Source of the DNA: Octopus bimaculoides
Taxonomy: Eukaryota
DNA: 34,423 nucleotides
Assembly: GCF_001194135.2 (NCBI RefSeq)
Contig: NC_068993.1
Span: forward strand, 14,357,700-14,392,122
Direction of reading: 5' to 3'
Shown: positions 10,200-21,808 of the stretch, in pieces
Numbering within the stretch: position 1 is the stretch's first letter
How the letters are laid out: every line of letters begins with the position of its first letter
Program-made: the position numbers and the translations under genes
Notes under the pieces: generated by a model
Seen by the model: the letters and a program-made list of their open reading frames with translations, nothing else
Told to the model about the DNA's origin: nothing
Databases searched by the model: none

Positions 10200-11890
10200 T
10201 TTGATATGAATTCCTAGCAATTTATATGCTTGTTTTCTGCACAATCAGAATTAGCTGTGATGAATATAGCACTATATATTACATATGTCCCTGCATATTT
10301 GTACATCTCCGAAGCACAACATCGTACGTTACCCAACTAACATGGCCTACCATGACAAACTCCAAGGCTCTTACGACTCACACATCTCACAAGTCGAACA
10401 AAAGAATAATCACTTACCTAATATAGATTTGATAATCCTCCATGTCTTTTCTACAACTTTCGTCTTAAGGCCAGTATTTTCTTAAATACCCAACTTTATT
10501 CGTTCCTAGGTATAGCGTCAATAAACATTACACTGTGGAATTTCTTGTTATCATAGTAAGTATTATTTTTATTTCTTTCGACTGTGTCTCTCTCCAGCCT
10601 GTTCCAGAACTTGTTGCGGTAAGTGGGCATAAAGCATTTTTCTCATCTCTTAGTATGCGTTCGAAATTTGTTTTCCTTCCTTTGTACAATCTGATTCTAT
10701 CGTAATGTGAGTAACCAGAACGTTGCATTCGGGATATGTAGAGCTGGATGTGTTGTTGTCGTTCTTGTGGTTGGCATAGTGGGGATAGTTTCCTCATTAA
10801 TCTAACTAAGTCTGCCAGGAGCATGTTGATTTTGATAGTACCTGACATCGCTGATTCACTACAGATTACTAGTGGATTAGCCGTAGGTTTGTAATAGTGC
10901 GAGTGGAGTAAACAGGGCTTCACAATATCGTTGATCATAGTAGCTCTATCCACAGCTCAGTATCTAGGACAGATAATCTATTTCCGGGGTGTTTAGAAGG
11001 GTAATCTGCCGTAACATTTATACTGCTATGGATAGAGTGAGCGATATGCTGTATAGTTGTCTTCATCTATTAAAGTGTTCAGTGTTCATATGTGTATTTC
11101 TTTTCATGACATGGTTAATGTCGTTGACGTATCGACAGTACATATAGCTTAGTGGATGTTACAGTTCACTGGGCACTGCTTAAAATGTTTGTCCTACAAT
11201 ACCATGAAGAGGTTAGAAAACAACACCGACCAACAACCCAACGCCAACAACACCGCCTGATTGTATAATTTATTGTTAAACTAAAAAATATTGTTTTTAA
11301 GAGTGGTTCTCAGGCAGGCACCGATAGCGAATGCGACAGTAGTTCTGATGTCGTGTACATCTGAAGTTGGGTGGTTTGGATTTGTTCAGCCGTGCCAGCG
11401 TTCACTTTTGGTCTTTTTGGATGCTGAAATATTGGTAAGGGAGTGGAGGCTACCCAGTTTGTGACGGGTGGGGTAAGTATACACCAGGTTATTGTGTGAA
11501 AGATATTCGTCGGTACAAGTTAGAGTTAGGAAGCGACGTAGTTCATGTACGTCCACATTTTTAAATATCGTATTACTCTCACCAATCAACTCTATGCATT
11601 TAGCAATAGTCTACATCTAGCAATAGTCTACATTTAGCAATAGTCTACATCAACGGAAGGACATAGCGATTCCATGCTACCTACGATGTGGTCGATGAAG
11701 TAGCATGCGTTGTTGCATTCGCGGATCCTGCAAAGGAGGTCTTCAGTACTGTCACATACATCCTTTGATGATTGTATTAAGGGGTGTAGGAATTGTGAGA
11801 TGAATCTTGATATGTTGTGGTTGTTAGTATTGTTGGCACCACAAGCGGGTCGGGTAGGTGGCCGAAGTACATGATCGTACATGGCACATA
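10200..11890 (-). mobile_element. Decayed Penelope-like element (RT plus GIY-YIG endonuclease remnant)
   Basis: Minus-strand motifs in order: RPxxRPACGA..ISRFISQFLHPLI..VCDSTEDLL..VGSM(D)xxSLxPSVD; LKNNIFxFNNKLYxQ..G; LFMV; RYVND at 11120-11134 (YVDD degraded); YKPTANP..SAM..K..RMQRSGY; GLKTKVVEK; VTY..C..KYAG (GIY-YIG-like). Confidence 0.88.
11597..11651. repeat. 17-bp tandem repeat x3 (CATYTAGCAATAGTCTA) inside the Penelope RT
   Basis: Units at 11597, 11614 and 11631 plus partial CATC. Confidence 0.95.
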
Positions 11891-12063
11891 TATCATGAAC
11901 TAACTGCTATTCTCTCAGATTCGGTACGGAATTTTGTCAGTGAACAGGTTGCCGTTTCCAAGCGACGAAAATATTTGACACAATTGAAAATTAAATGTTG
12001 AAGTGAAACTAATTTTGACTTTGTGTTCTTAGATGGCTTAGAAATATCCTCCATGCCGCAATT

Positions 12064-12065
<2 letters not shown>

Positions 12066-12100
<35 letters not shown>

Positions 12101-12254
12101 TACACATACCTATATATACATACGTACATACATACATACGTACTCAAACATTTAAATATATATANNNNNNNNNNNNNNNNNNNNNNNNNNNNNNNNNNNN
12201 NNNNNNNNNNNNNNNNNNNNNNNNNNNNNNNNNTATATATATATATATATATAT
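12066..12254. repeat. (AT)n/(ATAC)n around assembly gap 12165-12233
   Basis: Direct observation. Confidence 0.95.
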
Positions 12255-13428
12255 GCCGCACCAGGGGCCTTCAAACGGGTACGTTCTGATATGTCTGAAG
12301 AAGAGACTGCACGGCAGGGAAAATACGTTTGTATTTAATACTCATCCGAAACTTTGTTCAATCACCAATAAATGAGTGGCGGCGTATGCCTGTGAGCATG
12401 CTTGAGAGTGTGTATATGCTGTCGTGTGTGCACACGTCTACACCATTTCCGATTTGTAATTATTTTGTGATTGAAGTTGGGGAAACATGAATCCAACGGC
12501 GCTATTGTACACCAATTGATATAAAATGAAATACATAAATAAAATATACGACTTTGCTTTTATATAAGTGTCTCTCATGTACTGTATAACCTGTTTCAAT
12601 TATATAAGCAGACAGAAATCTATTGTTTCCACTAGCAGTAAAAGAAAAAAATGCACGATATTGTGGAAATTAATGTTACTGAACTTACAAATAAGTTGTA
12701 GCATATAATTTAGTTATTAATAATTTTTGGTATTTAATGTTTTCTTCATTACTTTAAATTGAGAAGAATTATGTCTAATTTCTGTTATTTAAGAATTTCA
12801 ATAAGTTAACTACAATAATATTCAAGTGTTCAGTTTTAATAACCGTATATTCTAATACATGGTTCAAAACGTAAGACAAAGTTCTAAGGAAGTCAGGCTT
12901 ATTGAAGAATATACAGGACATGAATGGGGGAATAATTTTACAATGGTTTTCTTTTGAAAGCTGAGTTCAAATCTCACTAATTTTGCCTGAGCATACACAG
13001 CTTGATAAAAGAAGTATCAAATAATAGCCGGGATTCGATTAATACGAATATACAATTTCGTAATGTCTTCTTGTGACAGTACTGGAGATCTATGTGAAAA
13101 CAATATTTAATATGCATGTCACGAATTATTAACAGTACATGAGATCAGCCGAATCTTGGTTTTCCTAAAGCATTGATTGCAAAAAAAAAAAAAACATTGG
13201 CCTAATCAACAGAAATCATTGTTTAAACTTTAATTATTTCGCTAAACAAACGTACCACATACGCTAGTCTGTCTTGTTCTCAGTAAGGACTTATTTTTAT
13301 GAGATGGAACAATATAGTAGCTCACGCCTTAAATGTACTGTGTATTCTTCTTCTCCAGCTCAGGGAGTCATGAGGGACCGGAATTAGTACATTCCCATGA
13401 ATGTGGTCCCCAATCCGATGCAGGAACC

Positions 13429-13628
13429 AAGGCCAGCGACTCTGATAGGACAGGAACAGGTCGATTATATCCACCCTAGTACATGACTGGCTCTTTATCT
13501 TATCGACGCAGTGGAATTGAAAAGCAAAGTTTGCCTCAGCTAGATTTGAACTCAGAACGTAATGACCTGGGATCAATGCTGTTAAGTATGTTGTTCCAAG
13601 TTCTAACGATTCTGCCAGCTCACTGTCA
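13429..13628 (-). mobile_element. Nin/Deu-domain-like SINE (copy F)
   Basis: CAAGGCCAG..GTCGATTATATC..TGACTGG..TTATCGAC..AAAGCAAAGT..GATTTGAACTCAGAACGTAA..CTAACGATTCTGCCAGCTC. Confidence 0.8.
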
Positions 13629-13989
13629 TGCAATGTTTCTGACGTAGCAGTATATTTTCATGGAATATGCCAGTCTAATATTTCTAAGTACGTAATATAC
13701 ACCATATGAGTTGGATAAATACTGAGTGTACACTGTATAGGGCTTTCAATGCGCAGTTTATGATTTCAAAACATTGGTGGCTAAAACTAGATTACTGTAA
13801 TCTTAAATATTTCATTAATATATTTATAAAAAGGTGCCTTGCTAACTTTTCTTATTCCAGAGGACGGCTGAAACAACAACTTGAATGCGCTCAAATTAAC
13901 ATTGCTTGTCGCGGATGACTAAGCTGAAGAATACAACCGGGACGCAAAAACCATTTTCAATCTCACAAAGCAATAAAAGTCTGCTAAAC

Positions 13990-14540
13990 TGAGCAAAAAC
14001 GCCACATAATCTTATGAAATGTACGAGATCTGCTTATGGATTTACTTTTACGAGCCGAACATTTGTAAAAACCCAGAAATGCAAGTCCACTCGAGAAATC
14101 ACGATGATGCCCTTTTTAGACGGTCAGGGCATCATTTTACATCACAGGCTTCCCTCCGGCCAGAAGGTCAACAAAGATTAATTCATGGAAATTCTGAGAC
14201 AGTTCAGTAAGAGATTTCGTCGAAAATGTTCAGAGCGAATGCGTTAGGAAAATCCGTCCCTCACACTCCTCCAATCCAGACCCTGCTCCCTGTGACGTTT
14301 GGCGTGTTCGTGTTCCCACGATGAAGGAAGATTAAAAGGAATTTTACAAGGATTATGACCACCTTCAATTTTGGATACCTTCCTTGAAACACTCACGAAG
14401 TGACTGGAACAGGTGCATTAAAACAAGTGCATTAAAATGCAATGATACTACTTTGAAGAAGACTTGAGTTCTGTACATCTTTTTAAGTGGAAACTGTCTT
14501 TCCTCAGAAAAATCTCAACACTTTATACAAAATCCTCACT
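13990..14540 (+). mobile_element. Decayed mariner (Tc1/mariner) transposase, catalytic domain and right end
   Basis: WIYFYEP; MMPFLDGQGIILHHRLPSGQKVNKD*FMEILRQFSKRFRRK; SNPDPAPCDVW (YSPDLAPCDFW-like); K...KCIK..D.YFEED* at the C-terminus. Confidence 0.85.
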
Positions 14541-14560
14541 ATGTGTTGTTGAACAACACG

Positions 14561-14594
14561 TTAGTTCATTTAGTTCATTTAGTTCATTTAGTTC
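14561..14594. repeat. 9-bp tandem repeat (TTAGTTCAT) x3.8
   Basis: Direct observation. Confidence 0.95.
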
Positions 14595-16166
14595 TCAGGG
14601 TATGAAATATTAAGATATGGATTGCATTTGTTTTACCTAAGATAAACAGGGTTCTACTCTCAAAGAAAATGTATTGATTGTATCTGTCCCACGGAGTAAA
14701 ACAATGTAAATTTGTCATTAGAATTCCACAGGGGAACGTAATATTTCCATAATAAATGAAACTTGATTATTTCATAGTATATCGGTTTCGTCAATGCATA
14801 GTTACACATAGATAAAATAGAATGAAGTCGCGCCATTAATGTGAGACGGATCATGAAAGGATTTAAATAATATCAGTTAATTTCCTTAAACCATATACTC
14901 AAACGTGTATGTAACCCTAAGCATTATGCATTTATTCTTAAGTCTTTTCTTTTCATCGCATAATAAGTTTGAATGAGTTTGAGGTAAATAAACATTGCCC
15001 AATAGCATCTATCAGTTTTATTATGTACATTCCACTTCTTATCTTTCTTGAATTACAATCACACAGATAATTTACAGAACAAACGAGAATTGCACCAAAT
15101 TTCCTCTGTATTCCAAATTCTTTAATTACACAAGGTTATTATTAAGTGTCTTCCTACGAGCAATCAACCAAATGGTTTTGTTTGTGTACAATAATCGTGT
15201 GTAGTGGTTATTTCCGTACAAAATCGACAATTCGTACAGGATATCTAGTATCTTTCCTTTTTTGTACCTTCTATTGTTTTATTTTATTTTCTACAATTTG
15301 TGTCAGGCTTCAGAATGCAGCAATACTGATGCATACCTTCAAATCTGTTAGTCGAACAAATCGTCAATGTTACCTGCTTTTTTCTTTAAAGTTTGTTGTT
15401 CTCCTTTGAGGGCGTTTTAAAGGTATATGTCTATTTTATATGTAACTGGAACCCTATTTTTCTTAAAACTTTCATTATTGTGGGTTAATCGATACCTCCA
15501 GACCGAACAGTTTACAATTTTGTTGAGCACCCCTGCTATAATATATTTATTGCAGGAATAATTCTTAATACCACTAGGAAATATTCATCCACTTACTTGC
15601 TTATATAATGACTGTGTGTCTGTGTGCATGAGTGAATGTGTGTACGCACGTGTAGCTGTAGCCGAATGTATGCAAGTATACACAAACATGCAAAGATGTG
15701 TGTGTGTGTGCATTTATTTATCCCTACACATATGTATTTATACATCTATTGTAAACGTGTATATAACAACACAGATGATATTCATTTATTTGATTCAGAG
15801 GAATTTAGCGGTACTGGAGCAGGGAGCTCTGGTGTTTAACATATCAAGTCACTCACTGTAATTATTTTCAGTCTAATAATTATTTTATGGATTATTTGAA
15901 GAATCTATATTGCACAGAGTCATAGATCAATCCAATGTGGATATTCTAGTGATATGAAACGTGCATGTATATAGGATGTGTTTTACATAGTTTCCATCAA
16001 CCAATTTCAGTGAAATAAAAGAGAGGTCATCCAAAAGATCAAATATACCTATGCTCTAAGAGGAATGGAGCCTAAATTTAATCGTTTGGTTGTGAAGCGA
16101 AACTATTAAGCGTAGCAATGTCAATGTCTCTCTCCTTCCCTCATACTCACTCTCTTTTCCTATATA

Positions 16167-16432
16167 NNNNNNNNNNNNNNNNNNNNNNNNNNNNNNNNNN
16201 NNNNNNNNNNNNNNNNNNNNNNNNNNNNNNNNNNNNNNNNNNNNNNNNNNNNNNNNNNNNNNNNNNNNNNNNNNNNNNNNNNNNNNNNNNNNNNNNNNNN
16301 NNNNNNNNNNNNNNNNNNNNNNNNNNNNNNNNNNNNNNNNNNNNNNNNNNNNNNNNNNNNNNNNNNNNNNNNNNNNNNNNNNNNNNNNNNNNNNNNNNNN
16401 NNNNNNNNNNNNNNNNNNNNNNNNNNNNNNNN
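16167..16432. other. Assembly gap followed by (CA)n
   Basis: N run. Confidence 0.99.
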
Positions 16433-16765
16433 CACACACACACACACACATACACACATACACACGCACGCACGCACACACACACATGCATATATAACTA
16501 CACGTCTAGCAACTCTCAATGCCCGTGTGCTAATCTACTCACAAATCTTTAGTCTGACTGTGTCTCTCTGTATTTATTTGGATCTCCCATGATTGGGCCA
16601 TGATATTTTCGTTTCAATTCTAATCATTTTTATGATTACGTAAACGTTCACACTTGTGTCAAGATGCGACGGTATGCATACCCTGAGCAAGAAATCACGA
16701 AGACATTTTCCCTCGCATTACTGAGTTTGATATCTAGTGATACACATCATGTTTTATTAAAATGT

Positions 16766-16801
16766 CGCCTGCAGTTTCCTAACACGCCTGCAGTTTCCTA
16801 A
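16766..16801. repeat. Local tandem duplication CGCCTGCAGTTTCCTAA x2 (19-bp period)
   Basis: Copies at 16766-16782 and 16785-16801. Confidence 0.95.
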
Positions 16802-17119
16802 AGAAATTTATCACTTATCCAGGTGACACAAGATTAGCGAGGCTAAACAGACCTTTGAATTTCAGTTTTGAAATATGTAATACTTTATTTAATCGATTAT
16901 ATCTTTCCTTGAAAATGAAAGTTAAAAAGTAAAGGATATTGTTGAAAACCAAACGAGATTATTATTGACAAGATGTAGTTATCGCTTACATTACATACAA
17001 GATCCAGTTGAATTACTATCACGCAATGCAAGTAAAATTACATTCGTAGTTTATATTTTATATTTTCTCTTCATATCTAGATATTTCTGTAGACACGTGT
17101 AGGTTTTTTTTTAAACTCA

Positions 17120-17740
17120 TTACATGTATATGTGTGTACCTCTGTTTGTGAGTGTGTCTGTACGTGTGTGTATATAACTGTATGTACGTATGTGTGTGTG
17201 TACGAAGGTGTGTGTCCGCGTGTGCCTCTGTGTATATGTGTGTGTACGTGTGTATGTCTGTGCGTGGATGTGTGCGCATCAGCTTGTCTCAGAGCAATTA
17301 TATGTTTGTCCAATCAGTGAATTTCCTACACAATCTGAATGTGAAGTAAGTTTATCTGGATTCTACCGTTCTCTACATTTTCAATAATTGAATCAAAGAC
17401 AACATGTGATCTCTGAATTATAGAAAAAAAAAATTAATACCCACCACACAGAAAACACACAAACACATAAACAAACGCATAAACGTATGCTTACAATATA
17501 TGTTTCTCTACACTCAAATACATTTTTATGTATACACACACTCACGCACATATAAATACACTTATACATATATACATGTATATCCACATATAGATATACA
17601 TATGTGTGTGTGTGTGTGTGTGCCTGTTATATATGTGTGTTTGTTTATATGCATGTATATAATACACTTTAATGGATAAATATGTATGGGTACATACATA
17701 CACAACACAGACTCACATACACACACATCTATACATACAT

Positions 17741-17774
<34 letters not shown>

Positions 17775-17960
17775 ACACACAAACATGTTTATATGCATAC
17801 ATAGATGTATATATTTATTTATATGTATGTGTATAACGTACACTCATAGGCATATATCTTGATATGTAAATATGTACATACGTATATTTGAATAGTAGAC
17901 ATAGTAGAGAGAACGTGAGAGAAAGAGAAAGTGTGCGAGGGAGAGAACGATAGAAGAGGA
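17120..17960. repeat. Degenerate (TG)n/(CA)n/(AT)n microsatellite field
   Basis: Direct observation. Confidence 0.85.
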
Positions 17961-18339
17961 AAAAGCAAAAGTGTATATAAATAAGACGTGTTGTACGTGT
18001 ATTGGTTTAAATTGCGATTTAGATTGTAAAACATTGAATGTATTATGAAGAGAATCGGTAGAATATCGTAACGCACCTATAACAGATCTCTTTGAAATTT
18101 TGCCATAAATTACGATATAAAAACCTAGAACACACATCACATCATTTTACATCTAATATGTGGAAGCGTAGTACACGGGTAATTGCTTTAGATTATTGAA
18201 AGAAAAATCAATAGAAAATTATAAAAATCATTTAATAAGTAGATTCGCAACCTTTCCTTCTTTCTTCCATAATTTCATTTTCAAATTTACAAACACATAC
18301 CTTGACATAAATACGTACTAATCAACAATCGTCGAGATG

Positions 18340-18490
18340 CACGTGCACACATAGACACATACACATACGCACAGGTTTGCACACGTGCACAGCCATACAT
18401 ATGCACACAGACACAAACACAGACACACAGAAACACACCACGCACACATATATATATATTTGCAGAGAGAAAGGGAGAGAGAAGACTACG

Positions 18491-18549
<59 letters not shown>

Positions 18550-18550
18550 C
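18340..18550. repeat. (CA)n, (GA)n and (AT)n microsatellites
   Basis: Direct observation. Confidence 0.9.
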
Positions 18551-18706
18551 ACCTAAAATTTTAATGAAATTGTTCGAAGTTCTTTGTGGGATTGTCTACA
18601 AGCATGTACGTATTTATGTATGAATCTTATCGTATTGTATTCAATAAGAATAAACAAACGTACTTATAGCTATTTTATCTTATTAACTCTTGTAATTTAC
18701 TTCAAG

Positions 18707-18874
18707 ATTCAGTTCGCCCGAGATTACTATTCACAAATCTAGGAAGCAGCATCGTTTGAGAAAGCTAGAAGACCATGGAAATGGCAGATTTCTTCTTTAT
18801 CAGGTTGATGGTGTATTGCAGAAGAATTTAGCCATTGAAGCTAGAACTTTAGATGTAACGGTAACGTACAGATG
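18707..18874 (+). CDS. Weak candidate internal exon (phase 2-2), unknown product
   Basis: Pyrimidine-rich acceptor (..TTACTTCAAG| or ATTCAG|), stop-free frame FSSPEITIHKSRKQHRLRKLEDHGNGRFLLYQVDGVLQKNLAIEARTLDVTVTYR, donor TG|GTGCGT; no recognised family. Confidence 0.22.
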
Positions 18875-19949
18875 GTGCGTGTGGTAGTGGGTCAAATATT
18901 TGCACCCAAAGTTCAAATCTCATGAAGTTTTTCTTTCTTCTTTTCAATGTCGACAAAAATAAAAAAGGGTTTCAGGTTGGTTCGTTGGTCGAATTCATTT
19001 CGTCATCGGTCGTGATGATTTACAGCAACAGTTCCAGCATTTTTGCGTTCTGAATTTAACTTCCATCTAAGGATTCAAATCTCATCGGCGGTGGGATTCA
19101 ATCTCCTTGCCATATTAAATAAACAAAAAACAACTGCAGTAAGTGGAAGAAGATTGAAACCGATGTCTGTTGCATTTAAACAATTGCACTGCGTAAAACA
19201 ATATTAGAGGAGAAAACAGATCCTTGTGTGATTCTAGTTAAATGGATTTTTGTCAGAGACAAAATACATGAAGCGTTATTTCTTATATCTTCATAGAATT
19301 AGCAAGCTGGTAGTTAGTTCAATGGCAACGGATTTAAAAAAGCAAGTGTTGCTTATTTTAAGTATAATTAGATGTCTACCGAAGCAGCTGAAATTTCTGC
19401 CGAATGAAAATCGATCAGCTTCCTGAAATGGTTTTAGTTATTGTATTCATTTATTGGTGCGATTTCGGCGATGGCGGGTAAGACACGTACCGTCAGATAT
19501 AAAGCAGTTTAAGATAGCTAGATAAGCAATTTTCAAGATCAGTTGTACATAGCGTTTGCTTTTAAGTGGAGAAAAAACGTGGTTGAGTTAGAGGATGCTG
19601 TCGATGTAATAGATTTTTTTACTAGAAAAGCTGCGAATTCGGTTCGTGTTTTACTTGCATTATTCTTGTACCAGCATGAGTAGAAGGTTCACAGATTTCT
19701 CCCCCAGATGCGTCATTCCCCATTGTCATTCAGTTGTGGTTGTGCTTGCTTCATGCTCGTGCTTGATAGGACTGGAATCACCCCGGGTTAGTGATCCCAG
19801 AGACGTAACCATGCGTAGAGCCCATCAGGTCCAACAGTGCTTTCCATCACTGGCGTTTCCATGACAAATCATCAGCATCGGGGGTGGTAATATATATTTG
19901 TATAATATTAATCTTTGTTTTTTTATATAGTTGGATTTTAGTTTCAGTA

Positions 19950-20070
19950 CTGGTTTTTCAAATTTATCATTGTGCCCAAATAAGTAAACATTAAACTAGC
20001 TACGAGGATCCACCAAAGTGAAATAGAAATCAAAGGGGTATATTAGTTAAAAGTTGGTTGAGAACCACTG
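19950..20070. mobile_element. Possible short hAT-type MITE
   Basis: Right end GGTTGAGAACCACTG and degenerate left end CTGGTTTTTCAAATTT resemble CAGTGGTTCTCAACC terminal inverted repeats. Confidence 0.4.
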
Positions 20071-21547
20071 GTATATACTGCCGAGCTTATTTAGAGTTCG
20101 TTCAATGGTATCTTTATCTGGATTGCTCCCACTATAAGTTACTTTTTTTTCATGCATTCATCTGACTCCGTAAAATGAGTCGTGAAATATTCTGTGCTTA
20201 CATTTCAAGGAACGCTTTAATTTCAATAATAATCATAGCTTTCTTGGCACTGTCACAAAACGCTGCAGACAAGCTTGTCGAAGACGGGGCGGTAAAGTAT
20301 GTCAAGTGCGTCAGCGTAATGTGAGAACTAATAACCTTTGTTTCATGAATTATTGAATCGATTGGAACATAATGTAATGCAAATTCTTAAGTAATTAACT
20401 ATTTTATTGATAGCTCGTCCTACTCTTATAAATTTGTCAAATTTCAAATCGTTGTCAAAAATATTATTTTTATGTTTCAAATTATTCAAATGTAGTAACA
20501 TCCACCGGGCAAGATATTTATATTAACTTACAGTGTTTTTATATTTTATATGGCAAGTTTTTTTTTTTTTTTATGAATTGGCTATAAATTTTCAACATGT
20601 AGCAATTGACATACTCCTTTTTCTGACAGCCAGAATGACAAATTAGTGCCTCTAAACACAGTGGACTTCAAAAAGACTTCTTTCTGCCAATGTTTATAGC
20701 TTTCATTGATTCAAAAGAGTAGACGCTCTATTCTGCTCAGGCTACACCTGCTGTAACATATGGCAGTCAGGCAATAATTATTTAAGGCGGGAATGTACGC
20801 TTCCATTTTCTCAAACTCTGCTCGATCATTAGACGATAGTTTCCCACCACCCCATTCCCGGATGAGAGGGGTCAATTTTCTGTTATTTTGGTTTCGTCAC
20901 TTTCTTAGAAGTTATCCAAACGGAATTATACTTCAACTAACTTGACTGATCGTCTGTCCGATTTCCTAGTTTTGTCTCTATGCAAACCGATCTGCAACAC
21001 TACCGGCTTATTGGGGTTAGTTTCGTTACTACCACGTATATTTTTACAACGTTACTGAGGAACTTTTCCATTGTGGAGTAATTTTGACGTCCTTTCATAT
21101 GCCGACATGGAACTTGCATGGGATAATTCAAACGGGATACAAATGAAAGCATGCACATTTCTCCGCAGTAGTTGATCAAGTGTCAGTACATAAAAAGCTG
21201 ATGGGAGTCTACATCATAAATTGTGCGAGTTAAACATCATATCGGTTCAGATAGCGAATGGACATCTACTCTGACTCCGGAGAATGCGCGTTGCTACTAT
21301 AAATCAAAGCAACGTAGCACCTAAGAACATCAGCTAGACCAAGTGGCTTCTTTCAAGATAGTTGCAAATATAAATGATTGCAGATTTTTCATTGGTACAA
21401 GTAGATCTGAATCCAGCGGAGTCGCGTGTATTGTCCGACCTCTCTATAATATATTAAAGGGACGGATATAAATTATTGTGGAAATACCTGCCCATAATCA
21501 GATAAAACTAAGCATTGTGAACTACGGAACCGATGACTAGCACACAG

Positions 21548-21808
21548 GAACTTCGGGAGTGGGGGGCACCGTAAGTTATACATCCTTAAATAACGCAACC
21601 TACAACATATCTCAACTGGTTACAACTTTGCCTACTACCTGGTTACACTGTAACACAGAAGTAACTACGATACGATGGTTTGATAGTGACCCATACATTT
21701 GTAATTGTCGGACATACGACGCGTTTTCTGAACTTGTTACCTCGCCCCGTTCTCAGCGTTCAACAATGATATGCTATGTTCCACATGGCCTGTGTAATTT
21801 CAAGGAAG
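21548..21808 (+). CDS. Candidate exon (261 nt, phase 1-1) encoding a Thr/Cys-rich extracellular-looking module with an LRRCT-like pattern
   Basis: 87 stop-free codons ending at a canonical donor GAAG|GTAAGT (21808/21809); weak acceptor CACACAG|G; two N-glycosylation sequons (NAT, NIS); motif TTLPTTWL..VTTIRWFDSDPYICNC-x21-CYVPHGL resembles a last LRR plus the LRR C-terminal cap (NPxxCxC...CxxPxxL). Confidence 0.4.

Noticed and set aside
10528-10953. 141-aa ORF as a host gene
   Set aside because: It is the C-terminal RT/thumb region of the decayed Penelope-like element
13322-13633. 103-aa minus ORF with donor GC|GTGAGC
   Set aside because: Two thirds of it is SINE copy F; the remainder is unrecognisable
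11597-16801. CRISPR-like or regularly spaced repeat arrays
   Set aside because: The short repeats (17, 9 and 19 bp) are contiguous tandem duplications without unique spacers, in a eukaryotic context
19404-19477. ATG-initiated signal-peptide-like exon MKIDQLPEMVLVIVFIYWCDFGDG with donor GG|GTAAGA
   Set aside because: Ends in phase 2, incompatible with the phase-1 candidate at 21548; hydrophobic peptides arise easily from T-rich DNA
19640-19870. Minus-strand STVGPDG...VIPV as a LINE RT fragment
   Set aside because: Only a 4-residue motif match; insufficient without a search
20175-20324. 49-aa ORF MSREIFCAYISRNALISIIIIAFLALSQNAADKLVEDG.. resembling a signal peptide
   Set aside because: Short, no supporting structure, and overlapping frames are similarly open
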